A stretch of 64,000 bases of DNA. It comes from Vampirovibrio chlorellavorus (GTDB taxonomy: Bacteria > Cyanobacteriota > Vampirovibrionia > Vampirovibrionales > Vampirovibrionaceae). Positions 41,616-50,495 of the stretch are shown here, piece after piece; the first letter of the stretch is position 1; every line of letters begins with the position of its first letter. The DNA is taken from assembly GCA_001858525.1 (NCBI GenBank), contig LAPX01000004.1, forward strand, positions 460,894 to 524,893. Direction: 5' to 3'. The notes beneath the pieces were generated by a model. It made no database searches and had not been told where the DNA came from. It saw nothing but the letters and a program-made list of their open reading frames with translations. The translations under genes and the position numbers were made by a program.

Positions 41616-42458
41616 TTATCCGGACAATAGCGACAGGGCAATGCTGGGGAAGGTATTGACCCGAGCCAGTGCATAGGCCCCGGCTTGTTGCAGGATTTGC
41701 AATCGGGCCAGGTTGGAGGACTCGGCGGCCACATCGGTATCCCGAATGGAGGAGAGTGAGGCGGAGACGTTGGTTTTGGCAATACTCAGGTAATCCATTC
41801 GATCACTCAGCCGGTTTTCAAATCCCCCAATAGTGGCCAGGTTACTGGTCACGGTGTTAATGGCCGTATCCACTTGGCCTAGCAAGGTGGTGGCGTTGGC
41901 CGCCGTGGCCAGGGTGGTTTGGGTGATGTTCAGGCCGCTGGCCCCAGTGGTGTTATTGCTAAAGGCGGTTTTGATGTCAATGGTGTCTGAGCTATTAGAG
42001 CCGGCTTGAATGTTAAAGGCCGCTCCACCGGAGATAGAGCCATCCAGCAGGTTAAAATCGCCGTAGGTGGAGCCGGAGGCAATACTGGTGATGGCGGCCA
42101 GCTCCGCTGTCAAACTGGCCTGATAGGCTGTGTACTGGGCTGAGCTGTTGGTGCCATTGGCCGCCGATACGGCGATTTCCCGGATGTTTTGCAAGTGCTC
42201 GTTGATTTGCTGCAAGGCGCTGTCGGCGGTTTCAACCATGCTTAAGCCCTGTTGCAGGTTGGTAGTGGCCGCATCGTACCCCCGGATCTGGGTGTTCATG
42301 GTTTCGGCCAGCATCATTTGGGCAGCCCCATCGGCGGCCCGGTTTAGCTTATAGCCGGATGACAGCCGCTCCAGGCTTTTGTTCAGCCGGTTGTTGGTCA
42401 GGTTCATGTATCGGGTAATGTTCAGCTCTAGGGCATTGCTGTTTAAGGTAATGGTCAT
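41616..42458 (-). CDS. Flagellin (short, divergent)
   Basis: SLERLSSGYKLNRAAD, ENRL, SIRDTDVAAE, QILQQAG. Confidence 0.95.
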   Translation of the reverse strand: MTITLNSNALELNITRYMNLTNNRLNKSLERLSSGYKLNRAADGAAQMMLAETMNTQIRGYDAATTNLQQGLSMVETADSALQQINEHLQNIREIAVSAANGTNSSAQYTAYQASLTAELAAITSIASGSTYGDFNLLDGSISGGAAFNIQAGSNSSDTIDIKTAFSNNTTGASGLNITQTTLATAANATTLLGQVDTAINTVTSNLATIGGFENRLSDRMDYLSIAKTNVSASLSSIRDTDVAAESSNLARLQILQQAGAYALARVNTFPSIALSLLSG

Positions 42459-42526
42459 AAGGCTTGTTCCTCTTGCTCACCATTTGGGTCCTGTTCCTGT
42501 AACCGGTTTGTCCTGATTGGACAACC

Positions 42527-42760
42527 TTAGGCGGAACTGTAGGGTGAGCGATTGGCTCGCAGTATTGCTTTTGCGGCAATATCGGCCAGATGAACTGAAA
42601 TCTGGTGGCTGTGCTGATTCTCTTGGGTGACTTGCACCTGACTGTCGTTGTGAGGCAGGCCATACTGCTGCTTCCAGCTGCTAAAAGCGCCATGATGCAG
42701 GGCGGGCGCAAAGGCGCTGGATGGATTTGAAAGGGGTTGAGGATTTGGCTGATGTTGCAT
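42527..42760 (-). CDS. Small hypothetical protein (77 aa)
   Basis: Strong SD AAGGAG before ATG; same strand as the flagellins. Confidence 0.55.
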   Translation of the reverse strand: MQHQPNPQPLSNPSSAFAPALHHGAFSSWKQQYGLPHNDSQVQVTQENQHSHQISVHLADIAAKAILRANRSPYSSA

Positions 42761-43130
42761 ACCACGTCTCCTTACATTGTCTGGGCTGTGTTAAAACCCG
42801 GCACTCACTTCCTGAGAGTGCGATAGCCCGATGCGTCTGATGAACTAACCGTTTGATAAACTGACCTTGGAAACCAGGGTAGACAGGGCGGGAAAACCAG
42901 AACAGGCCAAATTCCCAGCCTTGATGATGTGAACAACGATTGTTCAATGTTAGAAGGTATCTGGTGTTCCCTATATCCCTGATGACCCTGAGCCGGATAA
43001 CCCGGGCCGAATGACTCCGCTTGCATCAGCACCCTTCAGAGGGTGCTTGCGCTTCAATACGCTGATTTGGAATCACGGCTGTCTGTGGTGTTATCCGAAG
43101 TTTGATGAACTTGTTTTTATCCAATACTTT

Positions 43131-43158
43131 CTATCGGTCGTGATGCTGATTTGCTGAA
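43131..43158 (-). promoter_or_regulatory. Sigma-28 (FliA)-like promoter
   Basis: TTCAG-N15-ACCGATAG, against the consensus TAAA-N15-GCCGATAA. Confidence 0.6.
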
Positions 43159-43217
43159 GGCTTTTGGATTAAACCGTTACATTTCTTGATGTTCGATCTT
43201 GATGCTCTTAAAAACGC

Positions 43218-43247
43218 AAAAGCCCCGCTATTCAATAAGCGGGGCTT
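43218..43247 (-). terminator. Intrinsic terminator
   Basis: Minus strand AAGCCCCGCT...AGCGGGGCTTTT. Confidence 0.75.
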
Positions 43248-43277
43248 CGGCAACCGATTTGCTTGGGGCAGACTCAC

Positions 43278-43469
43278 TCAGGCCCGTCGTCGACCGGCCA
43301 TGGCCAGGGCCACTCGACAACTGGAGAGTGCTGCTTCTGAAGCGGCCATATTCTCCATAATCACTTTCAGTGTCTGGCTGGAAACACCCGTTGGCAGGGC
43401 TGGTCCTCCCAGACTGTTGATTTGTTGAATGGCGCTATCGGGAATAAACGTCATCGGGCTTTTGGGCAT
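43278..43469 (-). CDS. Small hypothetical protein (63 aa)
   Basis: SD AAGGAG; lies between the flagellin stop and a terminator. Confidence 0.55.
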   Translation of the reverse strand: MPKSPMTFIPDSAIQQINSLGGPALPTGVSSQTLKVIMENMAASEAALSSCRVALAMAGRRRA

Positions 43470-43560
43470 ATAGGGTTCTCCTTGGTTGAAAGGGCAACAC
43501 AAAATAATCCAAACGAGTTTGGGATGATGAGGACGAAGTTGCTTTAACTAGAACGGTGGT

Positions 43561-44433
43561 TTACTGCCGTTGCAGCAGGCTGAGAATTAAACGGGGGAGC
43601 TGGTTGGTCTGAGACAGAACAGTTGTGGCTGCCTCTGTCAGGATTTGCGCCTGGGTCATTTCGGCGGTTTCTGCAGCAATGTCTACATCTCGAATTCGGG
43701 AGTTGGAGGCTGAAAAGTTTTCCACGCCTTGTTCAAGGTTGCTGCTCACGCTTTCCAGCTCATTTTGAAAAGAGCCCACACGGGCGCGCTGCACGTTAAC
43801 GGACCGCAATGCGGTGTCCACATCGGTGAGAAAGCTGGTGGCTACTGTGCTAGAGCTTAAGTCAATGGCCGCAATGCTTAGAAAAGTTGCTGGTGCGGAC
43901 CCCACAATGCCTAACCCGTCTGCGCTGGCATCGGTTAAGGCAGAGCTAAGATCCAGCGTATTGGTGCCCGCATTGGAGTTTGGGCCAATCTGGACTTGGG
44001 CGTTGGTGGTTGTGCCGTCCAATAAATTAATGCCATTGAGGTTGGTGGCCGCCGCGATGCGGTCAATGTCGTTTAAGAGTGACTTGATTTCATTGCTGAT
44101 GGATTGCCGGGAGACTGCATCGTTGGTGTCGTTGGCCGCTTGAACCGTCAGTTCCCGCACCCGTTGCAGGTTATCCCCAATAATACTCAGAGAGCCTTCT
44201 GCGGTCTGCAGCACGCTAATGCCATCCTGCGTATTTCGAGAGGCCTGATTCATCCGGCGAATGGAACTGGTCAGGTTTTGAGAAATGGTCAAACCGGCTG
44301 CGTCATCGGAGGCCCGGTTGATTCGATAGCCTGAGGAGAGGCGCTCTAGAGATTGCTTGAGATTTTTGGAATTGGTCCCCAGCCGACGTTGGGCAATCAG
44401 CGAGGTGATATTGGTATTTGGCACTAAAGACAT
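43561..44433 (-). CDS. fliC: Flagellin
   Basis: MSLVPNTN, ERLSSGYRINRASDDAAGL, SRIRDVD. Start reassigned to the ATG after SD AAGGAG. Confidence 0.96.
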   Translation of the reverse strand: MSLVPNTNITSLIAQRRLGTNSKNLKQSLERLSSGYRINRASDDAAGLTISQNLTSSIRRMNQASRNTQDGISVLQTAEGSLSIIGDNLQRVRELTVQAANDTNDAVSRQSISNEIKSLLNDIDRIAAATNLNGINLLDGTTTNAQVQIGPNSNAGTNTLDLSSALTDASADGLGIVGSAPATFLSIAAIDLSSSTVATSFLTDVDTALRSVNVQRARVGSFQNELESVSSNLEQGVENFSASNSRIRDVDIAAETAEMTQAQILTEAATTVLSQTNQLPRLILSLLQRQ

Positions 44434-44438
44434 AAGGC

Positions 44439-44479
44439 ACGTTCTCCTTAACGTTTCCGCCATCGCCATTCCTTGGCGA
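44439..44479 (-). promoter_or_regulatory. Two CsrA-type GGA-loop hairpins in the flagellin leader
   Basis: TCGCCA-AGGAA-TGGCGA and ACGTT-AAGGAG-AACGT; the second carries the SD in its loop. Confidence 0.7.
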
Positions 44480-44506
44480 CAGTGTTTGGCAGGTTTGTTG
44501 ATTTTG

Positions 44507-44534
44507 CTTTCGGTGGGTTTGGGTAAAAACTTGA
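44507..44534 (-). promoter_or_regulatory. Sigma-28 (FliA)-like promoter
   Basis: TCAAG-N15-ACCGAAAG upstream of the flagellin. Confidence 0.6.
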
Positions 44535-44704
44535 TAGTGACCGGCGGGGATTTCCTCCCAATGGATGACCCCAATATGCCGAAAGAGCTTGGTGTCTTGA
44601 TGACACCTCCATTTTTGGGCTCAAACCCCTTGAAGCGTCTAGTTTTATGGTAAAGTAGAGGAAGAGAGTTCACGTGATACTTGTACGAAAGCGAGGGTTG
44701 GCCA

Positions 44705-46033
44705 GTGAAAATCGCTGTGATTGGGTCGGGCTATGTGGGAACCGTAACCGGAACTTGTCTGGCTGAAATGGGCCATCAGGTGGTTTGCGCCGATCTAAAA
44801 GAAGGTCGCATGCGGGATCTCCAGCAAGGCAAAGTCCACTTCTATGAAGAAGCTTTGGAGCCCTTAATCCGAGGGAACCGGGAAGAGGGCCGTCTGGAAT
44901 TTACCACTGATATTGTGCAAGCCGTCCGGAATTCCGAAGTCATTTTCCTGTGTATTGGCACCCCGCTGTTGCCCTCTGGAAAGCCGGATTTTAGTGCCCT
45001 GACCGCGGCGGTCAAAAGCATTGCCGAAGGCATTAACGGCTATCGCCTGATCATTGAAAAAAGCACCCTGCCCATTAAAACCGGCGAGTGGTTGCAGTCT
45101 CTCTTGCAAGAGCAAGTGCCTGAGGGCATTGAATTTGATATTGCCGCCGTTCCTCAGTTCCTGCGGGAAGGCCACGCGGTGAATGACTTTATGCACCCCG
45201 ATCGCATTATTGTGGGGGCCGAAAGCAAACGGGCCATCGATATCATTGTGGAAATCTATCGTCCCCTGAATGCCCCCATTTTGATGACCGATACCAACAG
45301 TGCCGAGCTGATTAAGCACGCTACCAATGCCTTTTTGGCCACTAAAATCTCCTTCATCAATTCCATTGCTCAAATTTGCGAAAAAACGGGCGCCGATATC
45401 ACCAGCGTGGCCCGGGGCCTGGGGCTGGATCGCCGTATTGGGCAAGAGTATCTGAACGCTGGTATTGGCTACGGCGGTATCTTTTTCCCCAAGGATCTCA
45501 ACTCCCTCATTAATATTGCCGAAGAGTACCATTTGAACTTGGATCTGCTGAAGCAGGTGGATGTGATCAACCGCTATCAGCGCATCAGCTTTATTGAGAA
45601 GATTGATGAGGCGCTGGGTAAAAATCTGTCCGGTAAAACCATTGCCATTTGGGGCATTGCCTACCGTCCGGATACCGATGATCTTCGAGACACGCCCAGT
45701 TTAACCATCATTCGGGGATTGGAAAAACGAGGCGCCAAAATCCGGGCCTACGATCCGCTGGCCATGGAGCCCGCCAGAGAGTTGCTCCCCGATGTCACCT
45801 ACTGCCAATCCGCTTACGAGGCGGCCCAAGGTGCTGATGCCATTGCCATTTTGACCGAATGGGATGAGTTTGCCTACATCAACTTTTTGCGCCTGCGCCA
45901 GGAAAGCGACTGCCGTCTGATTGTGGATGGCCGCAACCTGTTCAATCCGGAGCGCATGAAGAATCTGGGGTACCACTATGTCAGTATTGGTCGTCGCAAA
46001 GTCACTGCCGATAAAATACCGACCAAAGTTTGA
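44705..46033 (+). CDS. UDP-glucose/GDP-mannose dehydrogenase family protein with an altered active site
   Basis: GSGYVG, IGTP, KSTLP, PQFLREG, AELIK, GYGGIFFPKD. Confidence 0.9.
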   Translation: MKIAVIGSGYVGTVTGTCLAEMGHQVVCADLKEGRMRDLQQGKVHFYEEALEPLIRGNREEGRLEFTTDIVQAVRNSEVIFLCIGTPLLPSGKPDFSALTAAVKSIAEGINGYRLIIEKSTLPIKTGEWLQSLLQEQVPEGIEFDIAAVPQFLREGHAVNDFMHPDRIIVGAESKRAIDIIVEIYRPLNAPILMTDTNSAELIKHATNAFLATKISFINSIAQICEKTGADITSVARGLGLDRRIGQEYLNAGIGYGGIFFPKDLNSLINIAEEYHLNLDLLKQVDVINRYQRISFIEKIDEALGKNLSGKTIAIWGIAYRPDTDDLRDTPSLTIIRGLEKRGAKIRAYDPLAMEPARELLPDVTYCQSAYEAAQGADAIAILTEWDEFAYINFLRLRQESDCRLIVDGRNLFNPERMKNLGYHYVSIGRRKVTADKIPTKV

Positions 46034-46145
46034 AAGAAACACGGCAATGTGCCAAGATTCATTTAAAATAGTGGGTATCCGCTCATAAGGGGGTTCCTGA
46101 CGCGTGGTTATTTCCTTCCTAGAATAGAGGCGTGGTTAGCGTTTT

Positions 46146-46820
46146 ATGGCAAATTTACAAGATCAATCGCTCCAAGGTGGCTCTTTGCCCCGCAAGATTG
46201 CCGATGTATGGCCAGGCACCGTGTTTTATGAACCCAACGCGGTAAAGGCCATTCAGCAAAAAGTGGACATGCTGGCCGCCCACATGCAAAAGCAGTTGAG
46301 CGAGCATGAAGCGGCCATGCGAAACACGCATCAGGTCTTTGATTACCTGTTGCAGGATATGGAAAACTTTGTGGAATGCTTCCAGTCGGCCTTTGAAGCC
46401 AGAAATCTGGAAAACGGGGAAGCCCAACTGCCACGCATCCGCTCGCAAATGGATCCGGATCGCTCCGTGGGCATTCTGCAAATTCTGTGGCATGCCATTA
46501 GCTTTACCACACGGGGCAATACCAAGCCGTTGGCTTTAAACCGACCGGGACGTCCTCCCGTATTCACCGGGCGTATTATTGCCCTGACTGGCGATTTTCT
46601 GGACACCCGCAGCAACCTGCATGCGGCCTCTTTTACGGAGCTCATTCATCAGGAAATTGCTTCTTTATATGTGCCTGCCGACCCCTCGGCACCGGCGGTT
46701 ATGAGCATGAAGCATTTGTCCGGGGAAGAGATTTATTTTCATCAGGCCGATGCCCCCCGTCGCTTTTTACTTAAGGTGGTGGAGATTGTCTGCGGGGGCG
46801 GTTTTTTTCACGAGCAATAA
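46146..46820 (+). CDS. Hypothetical protein
   Basis: 224-aa ORF with no recognised domain. Confidence 0.7.
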   Translation: MANLQDQSLQGGSLPRKIADVWPGTVFYEPNAVKAIQQKVDMLAAHMQKQLSEHEAAMRNTHQVFDYLLQDMENFVECFQSAFEARNLENGEAQLPRIRSQMDPDRSVGILQILWHAISFTTRGNTKPLALNRPGRPPVFTGRIIALTGDFLDTRSNLHAASFTELIHQEIASLYVPADPSAPAVMSMKHLSGEEIYFHQADAPRRFLLKVVEIVCGGGFFHEQ

Positions 46821-46877
46821 CGGGCACGAACAATAAAGGGAAGAGGCTTGCTGATTGCGCTTCACTCTGCTTCACTC

Positions 46878-47249
46878 TTAGGACTGGATGGTCTTTTCAA
46901 TCATCTGGGCGATGGAAGGGATGATTTTGACCTGCAAATCCTCAGGGCAGTCTCCCAATAGCTGAATGGCCGAACTCAAGGTCTCGTGCATATCATACCA
47001 GCGCCGATGCTGGCGATGGTCATCCCAGGAGCGCCGATAGGGCAAAGCGCTGTCCAGGTCTTCAATGGCCCCATTGCTTTGGTCTTCCAACTGGTGTTCC
47101 ACCACGATTTTGATGATATTGAGGGCCACCTGAGCCTGTTGTTTATCGGTGGCCTGATGCAATTGTCCCAATGCTCTTTGAAGCACCGGATCATTGTCAT
47201 ACCAACGATTTGCCGGATTGAATTCGGGATCTTCCTTGGGGCTGTTCAT
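46878..47249 (-). CDS. Hypothetical protein with a duplicated RWYD motif
   Basis: NRWYDND and RRWYDMH; SD AGGA before MNSP. Confidence 0.7.
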   Translation of the reverse strand: MNSPKEDPEFNPANRWYDNDPVLQRALGQLHQATDKQQAQVALNIIKIVVEHQLEDQSNGAIEDLDSALPYRRSWDDHRQHRRWYDMHETLSSAIQLLGDCPEDLQVKIIPSIAQMIEKTIQS

Positions 47250-47301
47250 GTTTCCTGATGGGGCCATATTAACAATATGGTTATTATAGCGGCGCCCTTG
47301 G

Positions 47302-47331
47302 TTGACAAGCACCCTCCATTCAACCCATAAT
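47302..47331 (+). promoter_or_regulatory. Sigma-70 promoter of tRNA-Met
   Basis: TTGACA-N18-CATAAT, 10 bp before the tRNA. Confidence 0.55.
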
Positions 47332-47341
47332 ATTCACCCAT

Positions 47342-47415
47342 GGCATAGTAGCTCAGATGGCTAGAGCACGCGGTTCATACCCGCGGTGTCGCTGGTTCGA
47401 TTCCAGCCTATGCCA
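47342..47415 (+). tRNA. tRNA-Met(CAT), elongator type; CCA not encoded
   Basis: GGCATAG...CTATGCC-A; anticodon arm CGCGG-TTCATAC-CCGCG. Confidence 0.93.
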
Positions 47416-47521
47416 TTTTTTATTGCGCATTTTTAGGGGGTGGGCTGGGCAATGGTTGCGCTTATTGTCATAAGCCTTTATAAATAAATACAGTCGGGAA
47501 AAGTGAAAGTGAGAGAGGACT

Positions 47522-47788
47522 ATGTCAGCCAGCCAATCGTCGTTACCGCCGAATATGCAGGTTTCCGTACTGGTCTTTATGCGCTCTCTGGCAACCCCGC
47601 TGGTTTTATACGCTGATAATGCCACCCAGCTTTATGAAGACATCAAGCAACTGATTAAAACCGCCAATCCGGGCGCTCCCAAATTGATTGAGAAACAAGG
47701 CGCAGGTCCCCTGAAGAAAGTGGCCTTTCTGGACACAGAGATTTCCGGGGTGGCTATGCAACTGGAGCAAGTGTTCGGGCAGCGATAA
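47522..47788 (+). CDS. UPF0367-like small protein
   Basis: PL...ATQLYEDI...KKVAFLDTEISGV resembles cyanobacterial UPF0367 (recalled similarity, not searched). Confidence 0.55.
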   Translation: MSASQSSLPPNMQVSVLVFMRSLATPLVLYADNATQLYEDIKQLIKTANPGAPKLIEKQGAGPLKKVAFLDTEISGVAMQLEQVFGQR

Positions 47789-47808
47789 CTCGACCGAGAG
47801 AAGCGGTT

Positions 47809-48789
47809 TTATTCCAGCATTTTTTTCTTGAGCAAATCGATATGCTCTCGAATTTCCATTTCCTCTTCCGCGTCGGTGCCGATTTTCAGGTACTGTTCAA
47901 ACATCTCAATGGCCTCGGCATAGCGCCCTGTTTTTTGGTAGGCGTAGCCCAGGTTGTTGAAGGCATTGCCGTAGGCAGGATCGATTTCGATGGCCTTTCG
48001 GTAGAACTCGATGGCCTCTGGCATTTCTTCCTTGCAGTAGTGGGCCAGACCAAGCTGGTTGTAGGCTTTGGCATAGTTGGGATCGATCTCAATGGCTTTC
48101 TGGCTGTACTGAATGGTACCCTCCCAATCCCCTTTTTTGGCCAAAGAGATGGAAAGATCGTAGTTGGCCTCCAGATTGTTGGGGTCTAATTCCAGCACTT
48201 TTTTAAAGTTTTGAATGGCCTCAGCCAGTTGGACAGTTTGATCTTGTAACTTGCCCAGGAACAGAAAGGCATTGATATTGGTCGGATCGTATTCCGTAGC
48301 CTTTTGATAAGCCTCCATGGCTTCGGCCAGTTTTTTCTGGGCCTCATAAACCAGGCCCAGGGTATAGTAGCAATCCGGGTCTTCTGGCGCCATTTCCAGG
48401 GCTTTCAGCAGTAAGGGTTCTGCTACCGTAAAGCCTTCGTCGTCGTATTCGATCAAGGCCAGGTTGAAGAGGGCTTCTAAATCATCGGGTGTTATGTCGA
48501 GTACGCTTTGGAAGCACTGCTTGGCATTGGGAGCGTCTTCCTGTTGCTGATAAATCAGGCCCAGGTTGTAGTGAGCTTCGGCAAAGTCCGGTTGCAGCGT
48601 GGTAGCCCGGGTAAAAGACTCAATGGCCTTGGGCAAATTACCGTTTTGATAATAATCAACGCCTTTATTGTAGTACCAGGAGGCGTTTCGTTTGCTCAAT
48701 TTCAGATAAACCACCCCCCCGCCCAACGCCAAAATACAGGCGAATCCGCCTGCCACGATTAAAATCAGGTTCCAGGGAGCTGCGGTCAT
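47809..48789 (-). CDS. Membrane-anchored TPR protein
   Basis: N-terminal TM helix and multiple TPRs (AEAHYNLG, AKAYNQLG). Confidence 0.9.
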   Translation of the reverse strand: MTAAPWNLILIVAGGFACILALGGGVVYLKLSKRNASWYYNKGVDYYQNGNLPKAIESFTRATTLQPDFAEAHYNLGLIYQQQEDAPNAKQCFQSVLDITPDDLEALFNLALIEYDDEGFTVAEPLLLKALEMAPEDPDCYYTLGLVYEAQKKLAEAMEAYQKATEYDPTNINAFLFLGKLQDQTVQLAEAIQNFKKVLELDPNNLEANYDLSISLAKKGDWEGTIQYSQKAIEIDPNYAKAYNQLGLAHYCKEEMPEAIEFYRKAIEIDPAYGNAFNNLGYAYQKTGRYAEAIEMFEQYLKIGTDAEEEMEIREHIDLLKKKMLE

Positions 48790-48829
48790 GAAAATGTCCG
48801 TCGAACTGTCGCAAATTTGGCGTTGGAAT

Positions 48830-49432
48830 TTAAAGCGGGCTGAGTGAAGAGTTCACGCCACCCTCTAATTGAATATTAGAGAAATCCAGCGTAAATCGAC
48901 ACGTTTGGGCAGTGGATTTTCCTTCCGGAAATACCAGTTCCGCTCCCCCATTTGCTGTAATCCAATCGGACTTGCCACTCCAGGTCATGGTGGGCGCCTT
49001 CATTTGGCCACCTTTTCCCCCACTGCCTTCCCCGTTTTCCTGTTTTTGAGCCGAATTGGCAATGACACCACCACTCAAGGTCACCGTATTATTTTTGGTC
49101 AAATAAAGGCCTTTGGGGGCGGCAAAGCGCAGTACCGGCTTTCCTTGGGCATCATAAAATTCGCCCTTCACCTCGGTTAAAGTGGCTTGAGCCCGATTCT
49201 CACTGTAAATGGCCTTGGCGGCTTCCAGTTTCCACTTTTTCACCCGGCCTTCGGTCACTGTAAAAGAGACATTCTCCCCGGTCATGCTGTCCTCTTTGTT
49301 TTGAGAGGCCTGTTGCTGATGACGCAGGGACTCTTCCTGCTTCAGTTTCTGATCGGCATTCCAGATAGCCCAGCCTCCCCCCAGAATCAGGGCAGCCAGA
49401 ACGAAAATAACCAGTTTACGATAGGAATTCAT
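48830..49432 (-). CDS. lptC: LPS export periplasmic protein LptC-like
   Basis: N-terminal anchor, WKLEAAKA, VTLSGGV beta-jellyroll pattern. Confidence 0.7.
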   Translation of the reverse strand: MNSYRKLVIFVLAALILGGGWAIWNADQKLKQEESLRHQQQASQNKEDSMTGENVSFTVTEGRVKKWKLEAAKAIYSENRAQATLTEVKGEFYDAQGKPVLRFAAPKGLYLTKNNTVTLSGGVIANSAQKQENGEGSGGKGGQMKAPTMTWSGKSDWITANGGAELVFPEGKSTAQTCRFTLDFSNIQLEGGVNSSLSPL

Positions 49433-49541
49433 AGTGGAAAGGCAATCACAAAGTTAAGGAGGGCACGCAGGGTGACCCAACCAAAACCGGCAGGTCACCG
49501 AAAATTTAGCTCATCATACCAAAATAACAGCGGGAGTTCTC

Positions 49542-50378
49542 TCAAACGCTAACCCGATCAAGGGCCTCTGTGACGACTTGCCACTGTCTCTGTCGACAGA
49601 GTTGAGACAGTGCTTGGCGGGCTTGGGTCAATCCTGGCTGAAAGAGCAACGATAGCTGGCCTTGTAGGGTATCCATAGAGATTTCAAGCATTTGCAGGCT
49701 TTGGCTGAGCTGCCTCAGATCCATTGGTCGACTGAGCAGCCCCTGTTTCAATCCAGCATCAAACACAGAAAGCAAGGTCAGTTTGTGAGTGACCCGATGC
49801 AACTTTAAAATATCCAGCACCGGCCAATCCGGACTGTTTAATTCAGCAGCCAAGGCTTCCAGCAAGGGCGCTTTGAGGGCTTCAAAAATTTCAGGGCGAG
49901 CCAACAGCGTCTGAATCAGTTTTTGGGCGGCGGCCTCTCGTTGCTCGGGGAAGTAGCGAAAATCGACCAGCGGGGTGAGTAACTCCGCTGCGGAAATACA
50001 GGGAAGGCCCGGGCTCTCCAGTAGCTCCTGACACAGGGTGTTGCGCCGTTTGGCTACACCGTCTGCCTCTTGATAACAAAGCGCTCCGTTACAGTACAGG
50101 GACCAAACCGCCTGTCCTTGCCAGGATTCTGTTTCCCACACCAATAGGTATAGTTCATTCTGATGCTCGTTCCAGCCCAACGTCCATTGCCGGGCCTGAT
50201 TGTTAAACAGCATGCCAATGGGGTCATCGTATTCAGAACTCAAGCGCTGCCAACGATTCTGGCGCAAGTCGCTCAGCAAGGCTTCCGCCGCTTCTGGATG
50301 AAGCAATGTCTGGGTCGGAAGTTGGGTCGGAGATGAAGGGGGAAACGTGGGCGTAAACGTTGTGGAGGCAATGGCCAT
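49542..50378 (-). CDS. Hypothetical protein
   Basis: Long Leu/Gln-rich ORF with no recognised domain. Confidence 0.65.
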   Translation of the reverse strand: MAIASTTFTPTFPPSSPTQLPTQTLLHPEAAEALLSDLRQNRWQRLSSEYDDPIGMLFNNQARQWTLGWNEHQNELYLLVWETESWQGQAVWSLYCNGALCYQEADGVAKRRNTLCQELLESPGLPCISAAELLTPLVDFRYFPEQREAAAQKLIQTLLARPEIFEALKAPLLEALAAELNSPDWPVLDILKLHRVTHKLTLLSVFDAGLKQGLLSRPMDLRQLSQSLQMLEISMDTLQGQLSLLFQPGLTQARQALSQLCRQRQWQVVTEALDRVSV

Positions 50379-50495
50379 AAGGGTTGAACCACTCAATGAA
50401 TGCTGTAACATCAATCAGGCAACGGCATAAACACGCTGCCAGACTATAAAACCCCCACCAGCCATTTTAATGCTAGACGACCCCTTGCCTGCCTG

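Noticed and set aside
44434-44673. 80-aa N-terminal extension of flagellin in the ORF track
   Set aside because: This stretch holds the SD, leader hairpins and promoter; the true start is 44433.
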